This document shows, in pieces, positions 13,751 to 26,800 of a DNA stretch of 64,000 nt. The stretch comes from Vermamoeba vermiformis. Its lineage: Eukaryota. The stretch is from positions 186,001-250,000 of the forward strand of contig JBEWZL010000179.1 in the NCBI GenBank assembly GCA_045837725.1. The letters run 5' to 3'. The translations under genes were made by a program, and so were the position numbers. Position 1 is the first letter of the stretch; every line of letters begins with the position of its first letter. The notes under the pieces were generated by a model. That model was given only the letters and a program-made list of their open reading frames with translations. It searched no databases and had not been told where the DNA came from.

Positions 13751-14523
13751 TTAGGGTCCCAGGAAGTCTTGCCTTCAGAAGCAGGTCGATAAAACTTGGC
13801 ACCGACCCAAGTAGGAGGTGAGTAGGCCTTGTCTGTGCCTGTCAAGTTCTCCACGTGTTCTTTTTTGTACGTCGGTGTCACTTGCGAAATGCGCGATTGT
13901 TTATCTGTAGGGACTTCATCTGAAGCGTGGTGTAACCATGAGTGCCTATTAAATGGACATCAGATACAAATCAAAGTCAAGCAATGAGCGACAAAACAGA
14001 TCTGATCTCTGTGCGTAACCCGATTGAAAACACTGTTATCGATTTTGGCACGGTGTATCTAAAATTAAATATAGTATAATGCTCACCATTCTGGAGGCAC
14101 TGCTGAAGCTTCGTTGTCCTTGCTGAATTCAACCCATCTTTCACGACCTATTCAGGAGAAGTTATATGTCTGCTAAAGTGAAAATAACGTTATTAAAAAG
14201 CATACCCCAATATTCGGGATCATCCTCCACGAAATACCTGTCGATTAAAGAAATGTAGTTGAGTAATTATTTAATAAATATTATTATGTAATTATATAGC
14301 GTTCTACAGACATATTTCATTACTTGCAAGTAATATGCACGTGTAAATAAATTATTTATGATTTTTAACCGGTAATTTAAGCTTACTTGTTACCAAACTC
14401 GTCTTGGCCAATCTGACGACCGAATTTGACTTCGTTAGTTTGCACAAATCGCTTAAGAGTGGGCATAAAGCCTGACTCCTTAATCTTTTTTGCGATATAA
14501 GTAAGCTTCTTGACAGAGCTCAT
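13751..14523 (-). CDS. NDUFA12: NADH:ubiquinone oxidoreductase subunit A12 (B17.2), 4 exons
   Basis: Spliced reading gives GRQIGQDEFGNKYF, GRERWVEF, ASAVPPEWHSWLHH and HVENLTGTDKAYSP. Not in the ORF track because the exons are short. Confidence 0.88.
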
Positions 14524-14787
14524 GGTGTATGTTTGATCAGGCTGGAATGGACACTGCCAAATTTCAACGATCTTGCCTTCAGAGCAGCTGCTGGGAACTT
14601 TAACTGGCTAGACAATTAGCGTTCGTAGTGCAAGCAGCTGTAACACGACCGAACCGAATACACCTTGAAACCGCGTTGGCAACTTGAACAACTGATCTAA
14701 TTTCGCATATTTATTCTCGCTTTGCTTTTTATAGCTGGCCTTAATTTTAACAACAAATGGATACATACAATTTATTAAGTAGTCCTC

Positions 14788-16939
14788 TTAAGGAGTGATA
14801 CCGAGTTGCTTGTAGGCAGTGGCGATCTTTTGGATGGCGCTAACGAAGGCAGCAAGTCTCAAAGAGCAGTTCTACAGGACACGACATTAGTGGCCAGTTC
14901 TAATGTACATTGCAGTGTTGTAATACATACCTTTTCGTGAGAGATGGCGCGAACTTGTTCGTAAGCAGTGGCCATAGTGTCCAAGAGACCAGAGCGGACC
15001 AAATCCAACTCTTCAGGACCACGAGGAGTGATCTTCTTGTGAGCAACGTGCTCAAGGGTATCAGTGATCTCCTTGATTTGGGCCTCAGTGAATCGCTTAG
15101 TCTATTATAAAAAAAAAGCGCGGTTAGTAACGGTAACAAATAGTTCTGGATCTTCACTCCACTTACCAAACGACCGAAGCGAACGTGTTGAATGTTCTTC
15201 AACCACTCGAAGTATGAGACGACGACACCACCAGCATTGCAGAGAATGTCGGGGATGATAAGAACACCCTTGTTGTAGAGGATCTTGTCGGCGTCAGCAG
15301 TGACGGGACCGTTGGCACCTTCGGCGATGAGCTTGGCCTTGATCTTGTGAGCGTTGTCCTTGGTGATTTGACCTTCGAGGGCAGCAGGGACGAGAATGTC
15401 GCAGTCGAGTTCGAGACCTTCAATGGAGGGGATGATGACAGACTTGGCGCCGGGGAACTTGTTGAGCTCGTTGCCCTTCTCCTTCCACTCCCACAAAGCA
15501 GGGATGTCAAGACCTTCGGGGTTGTACAAGCAGCCGTTGGCCTCAGCGATGGCGACGACCTTAGCACCGTTCTCGTGCAAGAACTTGGCGCTGAAGGAGC
15601 CGACGTTACCGAAACCTTGAACGACAACACGCTTGCCAGCAATACCAGGGGTGAGACCCATCTTCTTGACGTCATCAGCGTAGCTCAAGGCCTCACGGAC
15701 GGCGTAGAAAACACCGAGACCGGTGGCTTCGTTACGACCACGAACACCTCCTTGGGTCACAGGCTTACCAGTGACGCAAGCAGTGGCGTTCAAGTCCTCG
15801 CTGCGCATAGCCTCATAGGTATCCTTGATCCAAGCCATTTCACGGGGACCAGTACCGACGTCAGGGGCGGGCTAGGAAACAAGTTTAGGTAAGAAACGAG
15901 GTAGTTTCGTAATGAGGCCTAATACTTACGACGTCGAGGGCAGGGCTGAGCATGTTCTTCTTGATCAACTCAGAAGCATAACGACGAGTGATAGCTTCCA
16001 ATTGGCCAGCGTTGAACTTGCGGGGGTCAATCTTAACACCACCCTTGGCACCACCGAAGGGAACATCGACAACGGCGCACTTGTAGCTCATGAGAGAAGC
16101 CAAAGCGACGACTTCCTTCTCGGAGACGTGAGTGCTGAAGCGAATACCTCCCTTCATGGGCAAACGGTGAGGGCTGTGTTGGCATCTCCAAGCCTCAACG
16201 AGGGTAGTGTCGTGAGTGCCAGTTTTCTGAACGGAATGGGGTTAATCGCGGGTAATATAATTAATTATAATTAATTTTAAAATATTAAATATAAATTTGT
16301 GCGCTAAAGTGGTAGACAGAAAATTGGTAAATCTTGAGCTTAATCCACTTACGGGGTTGTAGTCCATCTTGACGGGGAAAGAAACCTTGTAGACGGAGCG
16401 GCAGACTCTAGAAAGGGCGATTGTCAGTATAAGGGCACATAAGGACGCAATCTAAGCCTACCTGATAACATCCAAAATGTTTTGAGGAATCTCGGGCAAG
16501 AGCTTGGCAGCCTCGTTGAAGAAATGCTCGGTGGAAGCCAAGAAGGTGTTGTCATCAGGAGCACCAGTGTTTTGAGCGTTGCGCTTGGCCGAAACGGTGA
16601 AGCTGCAAGATTTGACCGTTAGAAGATGCATTGAATTAACTCTCAAAAATTAGCAAGAAAATCCACGAAAATGTGGTCGGATAGGTATTCAGTCGATCTT
16701 TAGATTAGTGGGGTGGGTAAATTCATTCAGATGAAAGGAAATTAATTAACCGCAACCCTATATCAAGTGCGACACTGTAAGGCGGGCGATCAATACCTTC
16801 GAGTGGCAGTCTTGGAGGTAGTACCAACCAAAGCGGTCTTTAAATACAGAGCTCCGTTAGTCAAGGGATGGGGTAGTTTGAGGTGTTTCGTGTCACTTAC
16901 GCTGCGCTTGGAGGTTTGGCGAAGAACTTGCGAGAGCAT
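14788..16939 (-). CDS. GDH: Glutamate dehydrogenase, NAD(P)-dependent, probably mitochondrial; multi-exon
   Basis: Motifs [57 protein letters not shown] and [15 protein letters not shown]. Arg/Ser-rich N-terminus [13 protein letters not shown]. Confidence 0.95.
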
Positions 16940-17333
16940 TATGCGAGATGTTGCTTCTAGCGTAAAGAAGTAAAATAAAGTCACTGAAAGATTTTTTTTA
17001 CGGTTTTGCCTCTTCGATCAAGAACCATTCCGAAAGCATTTTCGAGCTTTTTATGAGCTCCGCTACGTCAAAAAAGAATCCGTCTTCCAGAAGGGGCGTT
17101 TCCGTCTGCTTGTCATATTTTTTGAATTTTTTTGGTCAAAGGATCGGATGTACATCCGAAAGTTAATTACCGGTTAATGAATTGTGGCAATGTCCAACTT
17201 AAAGGCAAATTTCGGCTTTAAAAAGAAGCAAAGAGCGAATTCGTACAAATTTTGTACTCGATCTGTTCGCGCCAGGTGCTGCAAGCGCAGTTTTTTGCAT
17301 TTTATGATTTGTAGTATTGAGAGAACAACCACT

Positions 17334-19101
17334 ATGATTAAGATACCAAGGCCACCGCCTATACTGGCGTTGGTACTGGCTGTAATCACGTCACAGCTGT
17401 CTACTGGCATAGTTTACGGATGGCCTGCTCTTTTGCCAATTTTAGAGCAAGAAGGCGTGTATAAAGATTTGTGCAACGGAGTAGGTCGATCAGATACACC
17501 GATCTATCGCTAATTAGCTAGACAGAGACATGCGCTGAAAGGAGTACCAGATTCAATGCTGTTTACACCTCAGGAATTACCGCGAATATTTGTAATAATA
17601 TTTTACGATTTATTAACAATATTAATTAATTTCCTTGTGTGTCAGGCTCCTATCTTCTATTTGGTATAATTTTGGATAAAATTGGACCGCTGAAAACAGC
17701 GGTGATTGGTGCTTCTATGTCAGGAAGTGGCATTCTTTTATTGGGATTTGCTACAGAATATCGTACGCTTAATATTCACTATTTTGCAAGCCATTAATTC
17801 AATTTGATGCTGGTCCAGAATTTGAAGGCCTGATTGTGGCGTATATACTCATGGGCTCTGGCGGTGTGGCAGTGCATCTTGCGTCATTTCATTTAGGCAA
17901 TTTGTTTCCTGCTTGGAGGTACGTGTACCAACGCTACAACCGGCCACCAGTGAAACTTATCGTCTCCATAGATCTGTTATCATCAATCTATTTTCGGGGA
18001 TATTCAATGCATCGTGCATCAATTTTGTATTTATATTGGTAAGTCAGCTGTCAAGTTTCAACGACTGAACACCGCGTAGTTGATTTATCAAAGTGGTACT
18101 TCGTTCTTCACCCTAATGCTGATCTACGGCTCGTTAGTGTTAGTGCAAATAGTAAGCATTTTATTCTTTCAACACGAGAAGGCAATTCCGAACACTTCGC
18201 CGCCAGTAAGTCGCTATTGGATTGATGGTTTATTGTAACTTACGCTCTCGTAGCCAGCAGTCGCATCGAAGAGTGCCTCAGATAACTGCTGCTTATTGTG
18301 GTATCGGGCACCTATTCCAAATTACACGAAGATGAGTTCATTTTGGAAACAGACGCGAACATTGGTGTTCATTCTTACCGTTGTGTGGATCATGTTTCAC
18401 TTCTTTCGCATGTCGTTCTATATCGGTCAGTTGAGATATCAGCTAGCTAGTCTAGGAGCGGTTGGTAGGTGCTAAGTGTGAGTTAGATTGTACTCATCGT
18501 GTCATTGCAGGTAACACGTACGTACTTCTCGCAACAGGACTGTACGGAGGTAGTGCACTTCTCACGGTACGATTCAATCACGATAGCAGTGGTGTGTGCT
18601 AATGACATCATATCAAGGTCTTGTTGTCGGGCAAGATGATTGACTGGCTCGGATTAATACCCACAATGGTCATTGCTAATTCATTGCAAATCTTGTTTGG
18701 AGTCTTTGTCATAATTCCTATCCTCGACGTTCAAATTGCAACATTTATTCTTTATGGAATCGCGCGACAGTTTGTTATCGGCCCTTATTTCTACACATGT
18801 GCTACAATGTAAGTCGTATGATAGTTTGGCGCTTGGTAACATTCGCGATAGTTTTGGACCGAAGGTGTTTGGTAAAATATCTGGTTTGGGATTATTTGTC
18901 GCGGGAGCAGTCACGCTCTTACAATTAGCGGTGAATTACATAGTGTTGAACTTCTACGACGGAGAATATTTGACGACGCGGATCGTCTTGGCGAGTTTGT
19001 GTGTGCCGTTCTATCTATATCCCTACTTCGTGTGGAGACAAGGAAATCGTACAAGGAATGAATCTAAGGATGAAGGACCCGAGGCAAGTAGTATTCAATA
19101 A
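17334..19101 (+). CDS. MFS transporter, SLC43/LAT3-like; multi-exon
   Basis: TGIVYGWPALLPILEQEGVYKDLC N-terminal signature, GIILDKIGP MFS loop, many hydrophobic segments, FGPKVFGKISGL. Confidence 0.75.
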
Positions 19102-19271
19102 TAAACTTTGCGAGAATGTACCCGCGTTTTTGGAGATCTGGAAATATAATCTCCGGCCAATCCAAACTTTGCATTTATTTGTTACCATTTTTGGACCGTC
19201 GTGAGACCCACTCTTTTTATGTATAATTTTTTAAATACAAATTCTCGTAAGTTTGCGCAGTACACCATCGT

Positions 19272-21092
19272 ATGGAACCGTACGTCTTGGTACAAAACGT
19301 AGTGATTAACTAATTATACCATTAGATCGTTTCAGACGACTCTTAACTCCGGTGGTACGGGACAGGTAGTTTCCCTTCTTCAACGCCGTAGTGAGCGAAG
19401 GCTAATTGAAGAGCCGAAACCTGCGGATGCGGACCCGCAGCCCAACTTAATTTCTCGGCTAGCAACGGCGCCGGACCATTCTGATGAAGAGTCGAAGACA
19501 GCGCCGATTTCTCGCCAGCCATCATTATTAAAGAACGTAGCTAATTCAGCAGTTGCAGATGATGACCCCTCAGCGAGTGATACAGACTCCCAAATTAATT
19601 TAATTACACGACGAAATAGTTTCGTAAAAGACTCACTATTAGGAAAAAGCGCTAATAATGAGGCACCTAGTTCTCGAGCGGTTAAATTTAAGAAGTTCAG
19701 GAAACAGTACCTGAAATCCATACCCGCTTGGGAAAAGAAATTAAATGAAATGGAAACTGTCGGAGGAGCTGTACTACGATTTTGCGACTCATTTTTTCGT
19801 GGAGTTTCACAGGTAATAATAAAACGTAGACTTTTGATAAAATTATTAATAAATTTATCCAGATCGGATTCGTTAATAACCCGCTCTTTGGAGTTGCAAC
19901 AATACTTATAGCACTGATAACAGAGTAAGCGCAAAAGCACCTTAAATATTGTTTGCTCATTTTTAACTCATTCATTATAGTACGTGGATCGCAACTTGCG
20001 GTATCGTGGGTTGTTTTTGTACAACTTTATTCGCGGCAGTGGGAGGTCTGAAGAAGGAAATTTTTAGGTCAGTATTACTATTTAACACGGCCAAAGAGCT
20101 TAAGATTTGCCAGAGCTGGCCTATTCGGGTTCAATGGTTATTTGCTGGGTGGAATTATGGGAATTTTTATACTCTCACCATGGGACTGGCGGACCATCAT
20201 TGTTATTATTGTGCTATCGCCGGTGACTATCGTACGTGATGATCAAATAGTAGCGAGGTCGTCAACTAACAAAGGAAATTTAGGTCTCTCAAATTGCGTT
20301 CAGTCACATCTTCGTGTCTTTTGATTCACCGCCCTTTGGACTGCCTTTAATATTAGTGCTCAATTTCTTCTTCTTGGCTACATACGGGTCTGGTTATTTC
20401 CGACCAGTGGGGTTCACGCCGCAGTCTCCGAGTGTTATTGAACCAACGCAAGAAGTGCGAGCTGATTATATCTTTGAGTCGCTAGGCTTGTGCATCGCCC
20501 GTATATTCTTTGGATCCAATCCGTGGACGTAAGTACAGTCCCTAAGGATCTTAGCTTTGAATATCAGTATTAACATTAGCACAGGGGTATTGCGTTCCTG
20601 CTCATGCTATTTCTCTACACTCCGTGGCACGGAATTGCTGCAGCTACTGGAGCAGTGCTCAATACACTCACGCTGTACTTACTCGGCGTCAATTCTGATT
20701 TCATTGCGACTGGTTTGTGGGGCTGGAACGCTACTTTGATATGTACGTCATTAGCGCTTTATCGCGGTGCACCGATCACTGACCACTAATGTTCAGGTAT
20801 CGCCCTCTTTGGTGAGTTTTTGGCGCACTCGTGGCAATCTTGGGTATATTCAGCATACGCAGTGATTGCAACGACTATTGTGCACGTCGGGTGCTCGCCA
20901 TTGTTCAAAGTGTTTGGCATACCGGAAACGAGTTTTGCATTCAGTATTGTGGGCATTGTATTCATGGCAGCACGTAAGAGTCTGCCAGGCTTGCAAGAAA
21001 ATGTCGTGGAGCAAGTTCCAGTCGACTCTGTTGCCGCACGCAGACAAGCCTTCTCACGTCGTCGTGCAGTGTCACGTTTTATGAAACTATAA
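19272..21092 (+). CDS. Urea transporter (UT/SLC14 family) with long hydrophilic N-terminus; multi-exon
   Basis: Spliced FCDSFFRGVSQ|IGFVNNPLFG matches the UT RGxxQxxFVNNP signature. The second repeat has LCIARIFFGSNPW and GLWGWNATL; there is also a PFGLPL motif. The start codon is inferred from a micro-exon at 19272. Confidence 0.85.
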
Positions 21093-21119
21093 TGGGTTTA
21101 TATAAATACATTAAAGCGT

Positions 21120-21731
21120 TTAATAACCAAATGCATCGGTCAAAGCTACGCAATCAATTTGAAACAAAGCTCCTTTAGGCAGATCCATCACGCATATTGT
21201 CGTACGTGCAGGTTCTTCGCGGTTGAAAACTAAAGGAGGTTAATTTCAAAATAAGGCTAGAAAACCACGTACATGATTGATATACAGAATCTACTTGGTC
21301 ATAGTCTTTCATGTTGCGCAAGTACATCGTAACTTTTACAACGCTGCCCAGTGACGAATTTCCAGCCGTGACTAACAATAACATATTGTCGATAGCCTGT
21401 ATAATGGTAACTATCTGTATTGTCATTGTTTTGTTTTACCTTCTTAACTTGCTCCTGCAATTGGTCGCTGACCAGCTCTCCTTTCTGATAAAAATATTAG
21501 CAACGTCCCAGGTAAAGTTATTAATAAATTTATTCATTAATAAATATTCAATACCTTATTTACGCCAATACATCCGGAGACGTACAGGAATCCGTTCGCC
21601 TTTATTGCTTGGCTTTTTTGCGCATCCAAGTTAATTGCGTAAATAAGAATTATATTCTCCTCTTACCTGTAAGGGCGAGTCACTAGCGCGACCTTCTTTG
21701 TAGTCACTACGCTACGAATTGGCTTACTCAT
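21120..21731 (-). CDS. RidA/YjgF/UK114 family imine deaminase; multi-exon
   Basis: Spliced PYSQAIKANGFLYVSGCIG, VVKVTMYLRNMKDY and EEPARTTICVMDLPKGALFQIDCVA, with the catalytic Arg of PAR present. Confidence 0.88.
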
Positions 21732-21838
21732 GTGTTTTCGGTTGTAATTAGCGAAACAAAAGTATTGTGTAAATAAATTCACTTTATTTTGCCCGAGCAA
21801 ATAAGTTACCACACGTATTGATAGACGTACTCGCTAAG

Positions 21839-22102
21839 ATGACTTCTGAGGCCCCAGAGCACCTCCCGTTGGATAAGCCAGAGGACAGATCGCTCGTTAA
21901 AGCCGCCGATAAGAAAAGAGCAGACGTGCTGCTCAGATTTGACCAAGAAGGAGAGCAAAATGCACGAGAGCCTATCAAAAAGGCCCCATCAAATTTTGAT
22001 GTACTGAATACAGATCCGAAGGTAGAGACGGTTAGAAAACAAGTTTCGGTACTCAAGATAGAGAACCAAGGGAAGAAACGGAGGAGATGCATTATTCAAT
22101 AG
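21839..22102 (+). CDS. Small hypothetical protein ending in a polybasic CAAX motif (KKRRRCIIQ)
   Basis: Single ORF of 87 aa from ATG 21839, between RidA and the kinase. The terminal CAAX box is preceded by five basic residues. Confidence 0.5.
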   Translation: MTSEAPEHLPLDKPEDRSLVKAADKKRADVLLRFDQEGEQNAREPIKKAPSNFDVLNTDPKVETVRKQVSVLKIENQGKKRRRCIIQ

Positions 22103-22372
22103 AAGATATATATATTCTAATTATTGAAGGTTAATGGGATGTAAATTTGTACAAAGATCGATCTGCCTAAGTAATAAAGCGGCTTGCTAGATTTAGACCT
22201 ACTTTATAGTCAGTACTATAATTTGTACTTCAAGATTACATCCTGCACCTACCAACCGTGGACGGTTCACGGGACTCGCGCGATCCAAATTAGTCACGGC
22301 TTATCTCCGGGTTATGTGATTTAAAATTTTAATGATAAAATGTTATTACTAAAATAAGGTCCATAGACCACA

Positions 22373-23709
22373 ATGGGCCAGAAAGAGAGTAAACGAAAGG
22401 GGGGCGTTGAAGCAGCGCCAGCGAAAGGTATTAAAGTCGTTGCATTGATGCTAGAAGTTTAACTAACTAATTTGAAAGCTTTTCCGACTTCTTTGGTGAG
22501 TGATATCGAAGACGACTATACGATAGGAAAAGAAGTAGGAAGGTGCGTGATCCCGCCCTATTAAATAATTTCGAGCGTAACAATTAATCGGTACAACAGG
22601 GGTGGATTTTCAGTAGTGCATGAATGTTTTTCAAAGCGGAATGGCGTCAAATATGCCGTTAAAATTTACGAGAAAGGAGTCCTAGTAGAGCACAATCAGG
22701 ATTATCGAGTGTTATTGAGAGAAGTTGAAGTTCAGTCTCTTATTACGCACGAGAATATAATCAAGCTGTATGATATTTATGAAACCAAAAAGAAGGTCTA
22801 TTTTGTCATGGAAATGTACGCAAGTCATATTTAACATTTAACGCTGATATTCTTTTTTTAGTATTGATGGTGAGGAGTTGTTCGAACGCATTGTGAAAGC
22901 TAAGGGATACTCCGAAAGAGCAGCAGCACGGGTTGTCTACCAACTGCTCCAAGCGGTGCGATACATGCACGCTAAAAATATTGTGCACCGGGATCTTAAG
23001 GTACCTTGCCAAAACTGGTCAAACGTTTTTGATAAAGCAGTTACTAAGGTCATATTTAGCCCGAGAATATATTATGCGAAGGGGAGGGAGATAACGAAGT
23101 TGTAAAGATCGCTGATTTCGGTTTTGCGAAGCAGATGGATCCAAAAGAAAAGTTAAAAACAACGTGTGGCACGCCAAATTATGTTTGTACGTGATCGCAG
23201 TTCCTCACTTGCACTACTAACTATCTCCCAGCCCCAGAAATTTTAAAGCAAGAAATTTACGACCAGTCTGTGGATTGTTGGAGCATGGGTGTTATTACCT
23301 ATGTACTGTACGTATTGATGAGCAGTCTTATTGATAAGATCTCTAACCGCACGAACAGATTATGCGGGTACGCTCCGTTTTACGGCAAAACAGAGAAGTT
23401 GCTCTACGACCGGATAAAAACCGGAACATTCGACTTCGAGGAGGATCCGTGGCCTAATCTGTCTCTCGAGGTCAAAGACTTCATTAGCAAGCTGCTGGTA
23501 GTGGACCCCGTACATCGGATGTCGGCTTCAGAAGCGCTAGAACATCCCTGGATCGTAAGTATACCAGCTGAATACGAACGCTGTACTGACTATTGTACCA
23601 ACAGAAAAACAACTACGGCAAGCGTAAAGAAAGCAAACCGATCGAATCACAACTTACCGCAAAGCTTGTTAGCAAAGCCGATTCCCATCGTTCGTTGCTA
23701 TCTGACTAG
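22373..23709 (+). CDS. CaMK-family Ser/Thr kinase, probably N-myristoylated; multi-exon
   Basis: MGQKESK start. Motifs GRGGFSVV, YAVKI, GEELFERIV, HRDLKPEN, ADFGFAK, CGTPNY, APE, DCWSMGVI and RMSASEALEHPW. Confidence 0.92.
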
Positions 23710-23844
23710 CGGAGATATCACTTGCCTTATTTGTAAATACAATTTTATCAATAAAAGTTGTTCGTCATTATTGTAAAGTTCATGAAGCTGTTGTTTCTTA
23801 CACTGTAACCACAATAGGGACGCGCTTACAGCTGAGCTCAAGAA

Positions 23845-26800
23845 ATGGCTAGTAAAGCTAAATCCAAGCACGTGCGGTTTAATGACGCAGTAAGAAGCTC
23901 ACTTTTTGGTCGTTCTACTGCACAATACTAATAAAAAATAACTATTAATTAGCAACAAACATTGTCCTACAATGTGGATAATTCCCCGGCGGTTTTGAAA
24001 AAAGAATCCACGCCTCGCCTGGAATTTTTACTTACTGACCGTCTGCATTATAATACCGAGGTAAGCATAATATTAAAGTATTAGTAGTTGTAATTTTATA
24101 ATGTCTATTTTGAATATTACCTGAAGAATACATTGTAAAATTATTAATTTACAGTACAACGGCGTGCTTCGCGACTGCGTGGAGCATTCATTGCTGCCCT
24201 TGCAAGAATTACCCAAGAGATATACGGCAGACAAATTAATTAAGAAAATTGAGCGAGTATTTGGGATTAGCGCCGCAGACATTAAAACCAAACTGCTAAA
24301 CTCAGGCCTCGACTACCGCGTAAGTGTGCTTCCTACGAATACTTTTGGTTCTTCATCATGGTTAATGCTCGTATAGTCAATTAAGGCCCGTCTTGAGGCT
24401 AATGTGACAGGTTTGGGCTCGCACCAATTTTACACCGAAAATTCATTCGAGGACGTCACGCGCTACGAACTGTGGAAGGACCAAGAGCGCACTCGATTGC
24501 GCAAAGCTATCGCAGAGATTGAAGCCAAACTGGTACGTATTATTATCTGACTTGGATCCGCAACTGACTTGAGCAGGCGAATTCCCCGGGTAACTCGACT
24601 CCTGTGCGCACCGACACTCTGACTCCAGTCGAGGCCAGGTACGCAGTTTTGATATTATTACCGACCTGCATATTAATGCACGAGACAGAGTGAGACACGA
24701 GTACTTGTGCCGTACACTTGCCGCTTCAATCCTCTGCAGCAAAAAGCAAGAACAAAAGAACCACAGCAAGTTGGTGCGTATATAAGCACAGCTGTGGACC
24801 AGAACCTGGCGACTAATCGATTCACAGGTCAAATTCTTCGAAAGATTAGAAGCACACATGAAGACCGTTCCTGATCACCTGGCTCTCGAGGTTGACCCGT
24901 TTATTGCACAAGGTAATGGTGCCTATATGATTACGAATGCTGATTGGTCTATGTGTAGACGCTGATTCGTCAAAAGTCAAGCGACACTTGCTGCCGTTGT
25001 CATCGTGGCACACTTGGTTGTTGCAAGAGTTCGAGTCCGCTTATGGCATTGGTCGATTAACGCGTTACGTTAGGTAAGAAGCAGTTTGATGTGACTGCTA
25101 GTCTAATTCACTCGCAGCGTGCTTCACTTTGTTATTTCTACCACGAATTACACGAGACACACTCTCTTGTTAATTATTTGGTTGGTGGAAATGGGCGTGA
25201 AAGAAGTGAACAAACGAGCGTACAACAAAATTGAGGTAATTGACATGCAATATTAACCGCACAACTGCTAATTCGTATCCAGATTAGAGAATTTCAGACC
25301 GTGATTGAGACACTGATCAAAGAAGTCGATCATTTAATGTTGAATTTGTTCCGTTATTTCGGTGAAGATATGTTAGGCGCTGCATTAGTGAACAAGATGC
25401 TGGTGCAACTCTTCGATGTCAGCAAAGTGTTGAAGATGGACATATTCAGAGATATCAACTATCAGAATGCTATTCTGTTCAGTTTGGAGGTAAGAAAAGC
25501 GGCAATATTATCACCCCTTTTAACGCAATTTGTAGTATTCGATGCGCAACAAATACGCCGATGAGTTGATGGCATGCGAAGAGGCTAAAGAAGTCATTAG
25601 AGTAGATCCCGATGCATATGAAAAGTTGGCAGAAAAAGAAATTGAATCAAAAGTTGAGGACTTGACATCAATTCCGAGCCTCACTGGTAGTCTATTCTGT
25701 CCCCCGCTAGTTATTAATCGCAATTAGGTTCCAAAAACAAGAATAGGAGAATTGTTACTCCGCGCCAATTGAGTGCGATGTGCGGTAAACTGCAACAATC
25801 ATTCGACAACGCGGCGAAGTACAATTCGATTTTCAATCAGCTGAAACTTGACTTGCAAGCGGAGTGCCAAAGATATTTCATTAAACTGCTCATGGAAGAT
25901 GTCAAGGTACAATCATAGGCTATAGCTAATAAGCTAACTAACAACTGCGTAGTTGATCGTCATGGGCCGAACACGAGAAATGACGTGTCGTGACATGTTA
26001 GAGTTGTGCTTTGTACTGAAAACAACGCGAAACCGATTTGCGGCCACATACGAAGAGTAAGACTGACTCACTTATTATAGTGCATGATCACTCATTTGTT
26101 TCAGGCTACGACAAATCGGGCTTGAAGAGCCACCTCTTCAGTACTTGTTCGGCACCTTTGTAGCCAAGTGGTCCGTGGAGGCATTGGAGATTTTGAAGCG
26201 CCAAATTAACAAGTGGATTCTCACGCAAATTGTAAGCGAACTCAATATAACGTCTGTGTGCTAATAGTAGTACAGTGGAATCCGACAGACACAGAGTTGG
26301 AGTGTGTGCAACAGCTGTTTAAAGAACTGAAAGATGCACACAACTTTGTGCGACGCGTTGAAGAGAGCAAAATCTTCAGTGAAGTGTCAGACATGAAGAC
26401 TGAGTTGCGAGGGGTGAGTTATATTGCTCTGATTGTGATTCGAGTGAGTTCGAACTAATGCGCGCAGCTCATTGGTCTGGCCGTGAAGTACCTCGCTGAA
26501 GAGATTTACAACGTGTTCATTCAAACCTTCCCAGTGGATGTGCGCGGTGAATTGCATCAGTTCTTATTGCCCAAGGCCTCAATGGCCGAGAACATCGTCT
26601 CGGCTAACAAACGAGTCGAGCAACAGTAAGACTACGAGCTGCATGAGTATCGTCGACTAATCCTTGCATAGAAATCCTTCTTCAGTTGAGGAGCGTCGTC
26701 AAGCCCTGATTAGAAGCGCGTCTAATCCAGACATTAAGGATGAGTCTGAGTACGTGTTATCTATCCTCTTATACGTCTACGTTACTAATCGTCGTTATTA

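Noticed and set aside
19380-19940. 186-aa minus-strand ORF
   Set aside because: It is the antisense shadow of the urea-transporter exons on the + strand, which carry the family motifs.
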